This document shows positions 8,725 to 18,011 of a DNA stretch of 64,000 nt, one piece after another. The stretch is from a virus (Duplodnaviria; Caudoviricetes): positions 96,001 to 160,000 of the IMG/VR virus record IMGVR_UViG_3300037067_013742. One strand, given 5' to 3'. The translations under genes were made by a program, and so were the position numbers. The stretch's first letter is position 1. Every line of letters begins with the position of its first letter. The notes under the pieces were generated by a model that was not told where the DNA came from, did not search any database, and saw only the letters and a list, made by a program, of their open reading frames with translations.

Positions 8725-11426
8725 TGCCTGGTGACGAAGAGACTGTTGACTGGGAAGCTAATCTCCAGAGTATCGGGGTTCCAGCTGAATCCCAGACTCA
8801 GAGAGCTCCGAGAAGAACGCCCCGTAGGCAACCAGTAAGCTCTCACTGGGAAACAGAGATGCAGACTCTAGAGGGGGCAACTGAAACTACTGCCGACTAT
8901 CTTCGCGGGACTTCAGAGTGGAGAGGTGAAGAGTATGCTGCGATTCAGGCTCACGATGTAGCTAACGCAGAAGCGAATAGAGGTACGCCGCATCCAAGTC
9001 GGTCTGAGCTTTATCAGCAGTGGAAAAATGCAGGGCAGGCAAGGCTAAGAACTTTAACCGAGCGATTTGGTCAAGACGCAATGGTTCTTGGCCATCTCTT
9101 ATTTAAGATTCCGCCACTTGCTATAAGGATTCGTAAAAGTAATATTACTTATCGTTGGAAACCCTTAAGAACCAAAGAGTCCATTGCTGTTAAGTCTGGT
9201 AGTGGTGAAGCTTGGATTGAAGTAGATCTTGCTTTTGTAGGACTAAACCAAATCAATACTTCTCTTGGTGGTTTAATCACACTTTGGAAGAAGTCTCCTA
9301 TCTGTTTCATAGAGAATCTATATATCAGGGAAAATATGCTTCCTGAGAATGATGTAGATTCTATGGCTGTTCGATTAGAGAATCTAGTTATTGATGTTGC
9401 CGCGGGAACTCCAGATGCAGTTTGGGTTACTGCGATGATGTGTTGGTTTAACTGGAAACCATTCTCCCAGAACTTCTGGTTTAGAGAGACATGGGAGGCA
9501 ACCGAAGACCAGCAGACCGAGGGTGGTAATTCAGGTACGGCAACTACTACTTCTACCGAAGAGAGAGCTTCTGCCAATAGCATAGTCGATCTTTCTGTAT
9601 TAGAAACTCCAGGTATTGTCTCTTCTTCTAATCCAATGGAGGCAAGGCTTTCACATGTGGTCCAAATTAATGATCCTGGTGATCCACTTGTCCGTCCTAC
9701 TCAGCCTGTTGTTTATCCCTTTAACTCACAACCTTTTATGGACTATATGTCGAGTGGACCAGATGTAGCTCCTCCGATAAGTGAGTGGACTGATAACGTT
9801 ACGATGAACTGGAAGTCTTTAAAGAGGTTGCTTGTTCCTCAGCAGTGGCAGTGGGATCTCAATCATCCGCCGGAGGTTCCGGCATCAGTTCTGGTTAGTG
9901 CGCCCCCCACATCTTCGCCACAAGCAAGCCCTGTTGCGGTTACTGGACCGAGGGATATTGTCATATTTATGGGCGACTCTATCATGAAAGGTATCTGTGG
10001 GTCTGGCCATGAAAACTTAACCTTTGGCGGATCAAATCCGACCTATGATCCTAATACCGACTATCTAAAAAGTGGTTGTTCTAATATACCCCCGCACCCA
10101 AGGTTTACTTATTACTCATTAGCCCTTTCTGGAATTGGAAGCGCCAACCTAAAGAGGGCGTGGAATAAGAGTAAGACAAATTCGGCTCTTAAGGTTTCTG
10201 GTGGGGCAAACCTTAGTCGGGTTGCTGGAGTGGTTATTCTTTGTGGGCTAAACGATGGAAATAACTACCCGACAGCGCTAAATTCTCTAATCGATATAAT
10301 GCAAGATGTTAGTAGCGCTGGTGCAATTCCAATCCTTCTACCACTTCCCCCTGAAGGTGATTCTTTAAATGCCACGCCCCATATCTATAGTGGCTTGAGA
10401 AGTACTGGTGCAAGTACAGCCTGGCGAGAGACGGGAACTAATACTTGGTTGGCAAATGTTAACTCTTATCATCAGTCTGCCATTACTCGTGTTCAAAACG
10501 AAGTGCCTAATGGTTGGGGTCCGGGTCGGGCTGAAACTGATTATCATGCAGATGCTTGCGAGGTGGGAACTAGTAGGACTGATAGGTCTCTCCCGCTAAA
10601 GCGAGACTACATGACGACTCCTACGACCCATTGGTCTGACCCAACAGGAGCTGGTCGACAGTTTTACAACTACCATCCAAAGGCGCAGGCTAATACTCGG
10701 CTAGCTGCTTGGATTGAGCATAGGCTACCTTGGAATGCGTTTTCTGGACAGAATGACACCTCTAGTCCTGCATCAAATGCTTATACCGTTACAGATATAG
10801 AAGACGGAGATACCATAACTGTTCGACAGGGAGCTGGTGCTGAAATAAAGCTTCGTCTAAAGAATATCGATACCCCAGAAACCTATGGAGCTCGTCCTTC
10901 TTACAATATGTCTTTGGGTACTGGCGCTTACTCAAATGCCGATGTTCTTCGTTGGATGCCTCACGCTCAAGATAGTTGGAGACCGGCAGATCAGCAGTGG
11001 GGAGCTAAAGCAAAGGCAAAGTTGGTAGAGCTTACTGGTGGGGTTAACGCAACGATAAGAGTTGAGCAGCATGGTAACGATTACTACGGTCGTAAACTTG
11101 CTACCATATTTAAAGGTGATGTAAACATCAACCTGAGGTTAGTTGAGCTTGGGTTGGCTTGGGCGAGTACAGGTGGAACTGACGGAACCCAGGGTGGGCC
11201 ATACGAGATAGCAATGGCAGAAGCCGGCGGTCCAGTCCCAGATGCAGATCCGAGAAGGCCAAAGGTTGGGATGTGGGCAAGCCCCACCGCGGTATTGTCT
11301 GGATATCCATCTGATATTCCAACAACTATTAGAAGTGTTCTTGAGAGAATGCAGTTTCCCAAAGACTTTAGAAGGGACTATCCTTCTGGTGAAGATACCT
11401 GGCGGGCTGAGCCAGCTGGTGATTAG
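8724..11426 (+). CDS. Tail/baseplate protein: tube/hub-like N-domain + SGNH/GDSL hydrolase + thermonuclease (SNase)
   Basis: IFMGDSI (GDS 9972-9980), CGLND (10242-10256) and YHP (10671) fit SGNH. DGDT (10803), RLKNIDTPE, DYYGRKLA and NINLRLVELGLAW fit SNase. TGATG overlap with the previous gene. Confidence 0.8.
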   Translation: MPGDEETVDWEANLQSIGVPAESQTQRAPRRTPRRQPVSSHWETEMQTLEGATETTADYLRGTSEWRGEEYAAIQAHDVANAEANRGTPHPSRSELYQQWKNAGQARLRTLTERFGQDAMVLGHLLFKIPPLAIRIRKSNITYRWKPLRTKESIAVKSGSGEAWIEVDLAFVGLNQINTSLGGLITLWKKSPICFIENLYIRENMLPENDVDSMAVRLENLVIDVAAGTPDAVWVTAMMCWFNWKPFSQNFWFRETWEATEDQQTEGGNSGTATTTSTEERASANSIVDLSVLETPGIVSSSNPMEARLSHVVQINDPGDPLVRPTQPVVYPFNSQPFMDYMSSGPDVAPPISEWTDNVTMNWKSLKRLLVPQQWQWDLNHPPEVPASVLVSAPPTSSPQASPVAVTGPRDIVIFMGDSIMKGICGSGHENLTFGGSNPTYDPNTDYLKSGCSNIPPHPRFTYYSLALSGIGSANLKRAWNKSKTNSALKVSGGANLSRVAGVVILCGLNDGNNYPTALNSLIDIMQDVSSAGAIPILLPLPPEGDSLNATPHIYSGLRSTGASTAWRETGTNTWLANVNSYHQSAITRVQNEVPNGWGPGRAETDYHADACEVGTSRTDRSLPLKRDYMTTPTTHWSDPTGAGRQFYNYHPKAQANTRLAAWIEHRLPWNAFSGQNDTSSPASNAYTVTDIEDGDTITVRQGAGAEIKLRLKNIDTPETYGARPSYNMSLGTGAYSNADVLRWMPHAQDSWRPADQQWGAKAKAKLVELTGGVNATIRVEQHGNDYYGRKLATIFKGDVNINLRLVELGLAWASTGGTDGTQGGPYEIAMAEAGGPVPDADPRRPKVGMWASPTAVLSGYPSDIPTTIRSVLERMQFPKDFRRDYPSGEDTWRAEPAGD

Positions 11427-11437
11427 GGAGAAGCACT

Positions 11438-12673
11438 ATGTCAGACTGGGACCTCTCGCCGTTTAATCTTTCTCCCTCAATATGGGGGACGATTTACTTT
11501 CGGTCTGCTGTTACTACGACTCCTCGTCGGCATCCTATTACGGCTGATGACGTTTTATGGTTAGCCGCATCTGCTGCCCACGAAGATATAGAGTCAACCT
11601 TTTGTATTTGGTGCGAAATACAAAAATTTTGTGGTGGTAATGGGACCAACTTAGCTAATTTTGTTGCTTTATTTTCTGCTCCAGTAAATCCCAACTTTGC
11701 GTTTGGGCTAGAGCACTTTTCTTCTGGTCGTCTGCTATCTGAACCATCGGCTGGAGCCAACGGGATTCCTCCTCGAGTACCGGGTCCTTCTGACGAATCT
11801 CGTCGCCCGGAATTTCAGGCCTGGTATCGGGCCAACCCAAATGGGGGAAGGCCTCCTCCCTCGGTTGCAAGATGGGACCGTCTTACTATTTGGGAGCGAG
11901 AGTGTCTATCGAGAGGAGAATTTAGACGAGCTCAGTTAGTTGGGGGTTGCTCTCCGGCTGTTAGAGCTGAGATTTGGGCAAATATGCGGTTAGCCAAGAA
12001 TAGGGATAATGATGCTTGGCTTAGATTGAGTAGACGATACTCAGCTAATATAGCAGCTTATCATATCTGTACTGGCCAGTGGGGGAATCCAATACCTGGT
12101 TTTGACGACTTCGCTTCGCAGAATTCCATTCGCAGTGAAGTTACTATTCTTTCGGATAATCAAGCTGATCGAAGCCGTGTTCTATCTGAACTTTACGTAG
12201 GTGCTGGTCGTCGTGGATACGATCCAACAGCAAGGGCTTTTGCATTTGGGAACACTAGGGCTACTGATGCCTTTCAGTACCATAAGACTCCACGTATGCG
12301 AGAAGCCGAAGCTCTTGTTTGGATCGTACCATCTTCTACTATTGGAGGAGACGATACTCGTCGTCGGCCAGTTACTACCGTTGCTTTAAACGGGGCGGTT
12401 CCTGGAGTGATCTATTCTGGTGGACGAAGTCGGTATGTTCCTCCTCGTTCTGGGGGAGTAGTAGAAACTACTCAAGAAGGTCTTGCTCCAACAGAAGCAG
12501 TACCAGCTGGAACTAGCGCCATGTCTAGTTCCTCAACAAATACTCAAACTAATACAACCTCTGACCCCATCGCCGTTCCTCCTCCTAGGGCAGAGATTAT
12601 GCAGGGTCTAGTAAGTTGGGCCGATGGAGCTGAGATTCAGCTTGGACAGTCGGGCGGAGGTCGGAGACAATAA
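11438..12673 (+). CDS. Hypothetical virion protein; weak resemblance to SleB/Hydrolase_2 lytic transglycosylase
   Basis: GGGAG RBS. N-terminal VLWLAASAAHED...FVALFSAPVNP pattern. Ser/Thr-rich C-terminal linker. Confidence 0.35.
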   Translation: MSDWDLSPFNLSPSIWGTIYFRSAVTTTPRRHPITADDVLWLAASAAHEDIESTFCIWCEIQKFCGGNGTNLANFVALFSAPVNPNFAFGLEHFSSGRLLSEPSAGANGIPPRVPGPSDESRRPEFQAWYRANPNGGRPPPSVARWDRLTIWERECLSRGEFRRAQLVGGCSPAVRAEIWANMRLAKNRDNDAWLRLSRRYSANIAAYHICTGQWGNPIPGFDDFASQNSIRSEVTILSDNQADRSRVLSELYVGAGRRGYDPTARAFAFGNTRATDAFQYHKTPRMREAEALVWIVPSSTIGGDDTRRRPVTTVALNGAVPGVIYSGGRSRYVPPRSGGVVETTQEGLAPTEAVPAGTSAMSSSSTNTQTNTTSDPIAVPPPRAEIMQGLVSWADGAEIQLGQSGGGRRQ

Positions 12674-15600
12674 TGGGACCGGTATTTCCTGAATCGACAG
12701 CTATTACTTCTCCAGAAAGCCCTGGAGTTAATGCCGGTTGGGTTTGGGCGCCTAAAGTAGATCCAACTTCTGGTGAGTATGGCGTTTTTATTAATAATAG
12801 TAATCAGATAGATCTTCCTACTAGCGGAACTGTTATTAGTAGTATGAGAGTAGTTCTCTCTAATACCTTCGCTACCTTACCGGTATGCGGGCATGCTTAT
12901 GCTACTGCCCAATTTATGGGAAGAGGATCAACAGAAGTTTCTTTTCAGCTAAGTGGGGTTGGTAACTATCAGCTATCACGCCTTCAGGCAATGATGGAAG
13001 AGTGTGAAAAGAACGCTAGAGACTTCAGGAGGATTAAGGGTGCCGCACAAGTTGACTTCTCAAACAATCCCCTCCTAACTCTATGCGGAATAAAGGATGG
13101 CATCGTAGCTGGAGTCGACGCTAAAACTGAAGAGGGGTATACCGATTTATATCGCATGACTCTTTCCTTCACATCAGAAGGACATCACGCCGAATCTTGG
13201 GAACAGGAGAACTTTACAGCTAGTTCATCTTTTATGCAGATTCTAGATGCCCTTATGTCGAACATAAGAGTTGTAGAGGAAACTTACGCACAATCACTTG
13301 CGCGACTAAATAACCCAACCTCATTACAGATTCTTGCCTGGCCAGCTTACGTTCCAATTAGAAGCATGGGTGGAAGATATGGTCAGCTTGTTACTTCTGC
13401 AGATGGGATCTTTGAAGTCATCTCAGCACAAGGACAGATAAACGTAAACAGAGCAAGAGATGCATTTGTAGATGAAGAAAGACTTCGTCCAAGTTTTGGT
13501 CATGGGACTACACCGCTTGGTACTTCGTTTAATGCTGGAGAAAGAGCTGTAATTGCAGCTCCTATTTTGACCGCGGCTAGAAGGGAAGATATTGGTACTG
13601 CTTGGTATGAGTCAAACCAAGGAAGTGGCTTGACTTGGATGTCCAATGTTTGCGAGGAATTTGTCGAGCTTCTTAATGACTTAATGCCAACACTTCCGCC
13701 AATCTCGTTCTTTAGAGGGCCCGATAAGGGAATATATCAGAGAGTCGTGGCATCTTCTTCCGAGCTAATGACTGGAACTCTTAGAGAGACACCTCCATTA
13801 TTTGCACGACAAGATAGCTCGCTCGTACAAGCAATGAGAGGGTTAAGGACCCAATGGTCAACACCAGATGCTATCAAGCAAGCTCTTCTTCGGGCTCAGG
13901 GTCTTCTGATGAGCTTTGCCCAAGAGACATTCTGGAACTATGTTGGAGAGCCTAGCTTTGAAGTCTATTTTCCGGGCGTAAGAGATAGGGTTATTGGTTC
14001 TCGTGAAAATTCACTTAATCCAGCTTATCCAGATCTTGATCTGCCAGCTCACCCAAAAACTCATAGCGTTTTGGACACTAACCCAGACTTTTATTTCTTT
14101 AACGATTCCGAAGAGGGAATGTTAAATGAAATAGGCCCAGAGCTCATCCGGGAAATGGATTATCGGCTTGAGCAATCTGAGCTTTCAATGCAGATGCTAG
14201 CAAGTGGTGGAACCTGGAGTGAAACCTATATGGGTCGGTCTAGGATTGGGCCAGATGATCCAGCTGCATATACCGGCTCAATGAGTGATGAGGAACCAAC
14301 CTTTCCAATGGACGGTAGTCCATCTTCTCCACTAACTCTTGATTCTGCTGGTGATGAGGGAGGCGTTGGTCGATTACTTTCTGGTCGGACCGGTGGTTTT
14401 GAGGAGAGTTTAATAGATGCGTTGGTTGGTACTAGCCCAGTGGCTAGATCTTCTAGAAAGAACACGGAGTTACGAGCAAACCGCCGTAGGATGCTAGAAC
14501 AGACAACCCTAGCTATACCAGAGGGTTCTGCAACTTCGCCTCTTGGTCTTGGAGCTGTTGATACAACTGTTTCTCCTGGTGATAGGTCACAGTCTTTTAC
14601 TCGTAACTTTGTAAGGGAGACTCTCCAACAAGGGCTTGTTCAAAGTCCAGAGACCTCTCTTACAATGAGGAGAGCCTTCCCAACATTTAAGATTTACTTC
14701 CTTGAGGACGATATTGGCGATCAGGCAAGAGACCATCTCATGGAGGCAACTCCCAATGGGGCCCTTTCTGGCCTTAGAACTGTTATGGCTTTTGATGACT
14801 TTTATAACTATAACTCCGTTAAGGAAATTCGGCTTGTCAGGAGCCGTAAGAATCCTGCTGACTTATTAGTCCTTACTCTAACTAACGTAGCTGGTCTTCT
14901 TGAAAGAAGGATCTGGGGTCCTAATAATGATTTCCCGACAGAGGCTTATGCTGCTGGGCTTGAGGAGACAGAGCTTGAAAACCCACTAAAGAAGCTGATT
15001 CTGAAAGAGGGGCTGAAGGTTCAAGCTCGCTTGGGATATGTCAATCATCCACATGGGATGAATATCAAGTTTGTGGGCGAAGTTGTTGAGGTTTCTTTTA
15101 ACGCAGAATGTTCAGATGAGGTAACAATCATCTGTCAAAGTTATGGTGCAGAATTAGTATTAGAGCCAAAGGGTATTGCTAGTGATGGAAGGGTAACTTT
15201 TAACGATACTCCTGACATCGTTCACACGATGATGTGCTCTCCTGAACTAGCACATTTTGGGCGGTATTCTTTAAATCCTCAGTACAATCCGGCAGAGGCT
15301 AGAGGAGAGGCCACTTCATTAAACGTGGGTCGTGGTAGTGCTGGGCTTGGGATTATATCTAACCCTCACAACGTATCTGCTTGGATGAGAGACCATCTCC
15401 TCTATCTCAGGAGTCGATATATAATTTCTAATAACCCAGCCGACGATAATATCTATGCGCCGAATGTTAAGCAGCTGTCCGGTCTATGGGAACAGTTCTG
15501 GGCGAATACCGGAGATTGGTTTCAAGCCTACTCTGACTTTCAGAGAGGTCTTAACGATGCCATTATGAGCGTCCCAGTTATCAACTGGATCCATACAATA

Positions 15601-16848
15601 AATGGTGGTCGGTTGATAATGGGTTGGACATCTCGTTTTACAGGTTGGGTTGGCCGGCTTCTTAGTGGTTTAGATTTTACACCTTCAGGGCAGACGGTTT
15701 GGGAGATACTAAAGGAGTGTGAATTACGTCATCCTGGTTGGATCGCACAACCACGACCCTATGGGACGCGGATGACAATGTTCTTTGGTCTGCCAAACTT
15801 TAGGTATTGGGCAGATGAAATTACTTCCGAGGAGACTGTATTACTACAACAACTACGCAATGCGATGAGTGGTTCTGAGGCTCGACCACCTGGTCTGGAC
15901 AATCCTTGGTTGTTAGGAGCCGGTAGAGCAGTTTGGTATGCCTACAGAACACATAAGGACGTCCAAACAAACAGATGGCTTGGAAGTGCCGGTGAGTACG
16001 TTGGGCGTGTAATGGGACGTATTCGTCCCTTCCGTAGGTATCATCTAATAGATTCTGATCATCATATTATTCTTAATAATATTAGAGCCTCTGACAAAGG
16101 AACTTTTAACGCTGTTAACGTCGTCTATAACGGCTCAGAAGTCTATACCTTAAAAGCAGATGATAGTATTCCTGATGAGCGCACTACGATGGAGACCTTT
16201 GACCAGTACGCCAACAGTATTGATAGCGAGCTTATGGCTCGACGTTATGCTATTGGGCTTTTGAACCGACATCTTAAGGACGTCTATAAGGGTGAGCTGG
16301 TTGTAACTGGTATGGACGTAGATCCGTGGGATACCGTTTACCTACATGACTCAAGAGCTGGTCTCTATGGCTGTTTTGATATCGAGCAGGTAGTGGATAC
16401 TATCTCGCCACAAACTGGTTGGATAACTGAAATTACTCCAGACCTAATCACGGGGACAAACGAGTGGTCGACAATGTCTACTCGTAATGCTCGGGAAGCT
16501 GTCTTCGGAGCCCTAATGAATAGGTATGCAGGTAGTACGCTTACAGGGATAGCTATTAGTGGTGTTATTCCTGGAGGTCCACTTCTTGCCTGGGCTGGTG
16601 GCTATTACTTAGTAAGATGGACTCAAGACCGTCAGCCAATCTGGGTCTGTCCTCTCATCTTGGGAGAGCGTCCGTTCTTTGCTGGTCTTGATGGCTTTAG
16701 GCAGGACGGTATCTTTGCTTCTCTTCGTGGTAGGTTGATAGCTGAGGTTGATAATGTTACTCATGGCTGGAGAGCCTTCCACCTCTCTAGTATTTTTGGA
16801 GATACTCTAACAACTATGGGTCAGGCAGCTGCTGGGCAGTTGTCATAA
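12673..16848 (+). CDS. Baseplate hub-like protein (gpU-like N-domain plus gp27/gpD-like hub)
   Basis: QFMGRGSTEVSFQLSG, VQARLGY...FVGEVVEV...VTIICQSYG, QTVWEILKEC and YKGELVVTG...DPWDTVYL are patterns typical of hub proteins. Lies upstream of the gp25- and J-like genes. Confidence 0.6.
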   Translation: MGPVFPESTAITSPESPGVNAGWVWAPKVDPTSGEYGVFINNSNQIDLPTSGTVISSMRVVLSNTFATLPVCGHAYATAQFMGRGSTEVSFQLSGVGNYQLSRLQAMMEECEKNARDFRRIKGAAQVDFSNNPLLTLCGIKDGIVAGVDAKTEEGYTDLYRMTLSFTSEGHHAESWEQENFTASSSFMQILDALMSNIRVVEETYAQSLARLNNPTSLQILAWPAYVPIRSMGGRYGQLVTSADGIFEVISAQGQINVNRARDAFVDEERLRPSFGHGTTPLGTSFNAGERAVIAAPILTAARREDIGTAWYESNQGSGLTWMSNVCEEFVELLNDLMPTLPPISFFRGPDKGIYQRVVASSSELMTGTLRETPPLFARQDSSLVQAMRGLRTQWSTPDAIKQALLRAQGLLMSFAQETFWNYVGEPSFEVYFPGVRDRVIGSRENSLNPAYPDLDLPAHPKTHSVLDTNPDFYFFNDSEEGMLNEIGPELIREMDYRLEQSELSMQMLASGGTWSETYMGRSRIGPDDPAAYTGSMSDEEPTFPMDGSPSSPLTLDSAGDEGGVGRLLSGRTGGFEESLIDALVGTSPVARSSRKNTELRANRRRMLEQTTLAIPEGSATSPLGLGAVDTTVSPGDRSQSFTRNFVRETLQQGLVQSPETSLTMRRAFPTFKIYFLEDDIGDQARDHLMEATPNGALSGLRTVMAFDDFYNYNSVKEIRLVRSRKNPADLLVLTLTNVAGLLERRIWGPNNDFPTEAYAAGLEETELENPLKKLILKEGLKVQARLGYVNHPHGMNIKFVGEVVEVSFNAECSDEVTIICQSYGAELVLEPKGIASDGRVTFNDTPDIVHTMMCSPELAHFGRYSLNPQYNPAEARGEATSLNVGRGSAGLGIISNPHNVSAWMRDHLLYLRSRYIISNNPADDNIYAPNVKQLSGLWEQFWANTGDWFQAYSDFQRGLNDAIMSVPVINWIHTINGGRLIMGWTSRFTGWVGRLLSGLDFTPSGQTVWEILKECELRHPGWIAQPRPYGTRMTMFFGLPNFRYWADEITSEETVLLQQLRNAMSGSEARPPGLDNPWLLGAGRAVWYAYRTHKDVQTNRWLGSAGEYVGRVMGRIRPFRRYHLIDSDHHIILNNIRASDKGTFNAVNVVYNGSEVYTLKADDSIPDERTTMETFDQYANSIDSELMARRYAIGLLNRHLKDVYKGELVVTGMDVDPWDTVYLHDSRAGLYGCFDIEQVVDTISPQTGWITEITPDLITGTNEWSTMSTRNAREAVFGALMNRYAGSTLTGIAISGVIPGGPLLAWAGGYYLVRWTQDRQPIWVCPLILGERPFFAGLDGFRQDGIFASLRGRLIAEVDNVTHGWRAFHLSSIFGDTLTTMGQAAAGQLS

Positions 16849-16863
16849 AGAGGGAATGTTTAG

Positions 16864-17253
16864 ATGAGTCGTGTTGGAAAGGGTTCTAGGCCAACGAAAG
16901 GATACTCACAGCAACCATTTGTAAATGTAGAGTTTGGCTTTATTTTGAGTATCGTAGAAGATCAAGATGAAACTTATTACATTGCTATCGTTGCAAAAGA
17001 AATGAATTCTCTTCAAGCAGATAGCCAACTTGCGATTATGCCAATTGGTCATACGATAGAAGAGTTGTCTTCTCTTTTTGGTGAACCAAGTGATCTGATT
17101 GGTCGTCGAGTTCGGATTGAATATAGGGGTGGTAACTGGAGAACCGGAATGTGTCGTCTAGCTGCCCCTGTTGTTCAGGGTTCGGTTGGGACGGCAATGG
17201 AGGTTCCTAGTCGTGGTTTTAGGTATGCCGTGGCTGGTGGAGGAAGCGTCTAA
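16864..17253 (+). CDS. Small baseplate/spike-region protein (OB-fold candidate)
   Basis: Position between hub and gp25-like gene; GAGGG RBS; beta-rich sequence. Confidence 0.4.
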   Translation: MSRVGKGSRPTKGYSQQPFVNVEFGFILSIVEDQDETYYIAIVAKEMNSLQADSQLAIMPIGHTIEELSSLFGEPSDLIGRRVRIEYRGGNWRTGMCRLAAPVVQGSVGTAMEVPSRGFRYAVAGGGSV

Positions 17254-17573
17254 TGGCAAGACGAGTAATCAAAGCTTATCCAGATGCGGATGCTGGTCTT
17301 GAGGTTGGGCGCAATGCGGTTCGTCTTAGTGGCGGGCGAGAATCTCTAATCTATATAGAATCTAATGGCGTTTATATAGTTGGGCCAATCTCTATTTTAT
17401 CTCAGCCTGAGAATATTCGTATTGGCGCTAGTTGGACTCTTCCCCCAGCTTATAAGGCAGCTCTTCCCTCTACTGCTGTTAACCCTCAGCCAATTCTTGA
17501 GGCAAACTCTCCAGTTGAAGGTTTTTCTTCTCTCGCAGAAGAAGTAGCAAACCTTCTTGGGGAATTGTTATAG
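17253..17573 (+). CDS. Small baseplate/spike-region protein
   Basis: TAATG coupling; short beta-strand periodicity; synteny only. Confidence 0.4.
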   Translation: MARRVIKAYPDADAGLEVGRNAVRLSGGRESLIYIESNGVYIVGPISILSQPENIRIGASWTLPPAYKAALPSTAVNPQPILEANSPVEGFSSLAEEVANLLGELL

Positions 17574-17576
17574 CCC

Positions 17577-17594
17577 TGTTATAGTAGTTGCATG
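17577..17594 (+). promoter_or_regulatory. Extended -10 (TG-T-TATAGT) 6 nt before ATG; leaderless-type
   Basis: TATAGT 17580-17585, ATG 17592, no SD. Confidence 0.5.
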
Positions 17595-18011
17595 TCTACA
17601 GACCTTTACTGGTCTCTTGATGAAGATTATGTTGTCGGAGAAGATGGGGATCTTCGCGATACCAGCTTTGATTCCTTTCGTGGCATATATCAAGAGATGA
17701 GAACTCGGGGGATGGCCAGCTTTTATGATTGGCGAGAACATCCCAATCTTGGTTCTAATATGGATGAGCTTATTGGTCAGCCTAATAATAGGGTCACCGC
17801 AGAAGACGGGAAGGCTAGGCTCATTTCGGCTTTGACGCTTGGCGGGTTTCTTTCTAAGGCTTCTATTGGTATAAGGTATCTACCTATTACCAAGGATCGT
17901 CTTATGTACTTTATCGAAGTTAAAGCTGTTGATATTAATACTGGTAAAACAAGAATGTTGAAGACTCAGATTTTGTGGGATACCCTTGAGGGCAAGGCAA
18001 CGGTGATCTAA
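17592..18011 (+). CDS. gp25/XkdS-like baseplate wedge protein
   Basis: 139 aa; GEDGDL...DWREHPNLGSNMDELIG motif; immediately upstream of the baseplate J-like gene. Confidence 0.7.
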   Translation: MSTDLYWSLDEDYVVGEDGDLRDTSFDSFRGIYQEMRTRGMASFYDWREHPNLGSNMDELIGQPNNRVTAEDGKARLISALTLGGFLSKASIGIRYLPITKDRLMYFIEVKAVDINTGKTRMLKTQILWDTLEGKATVI

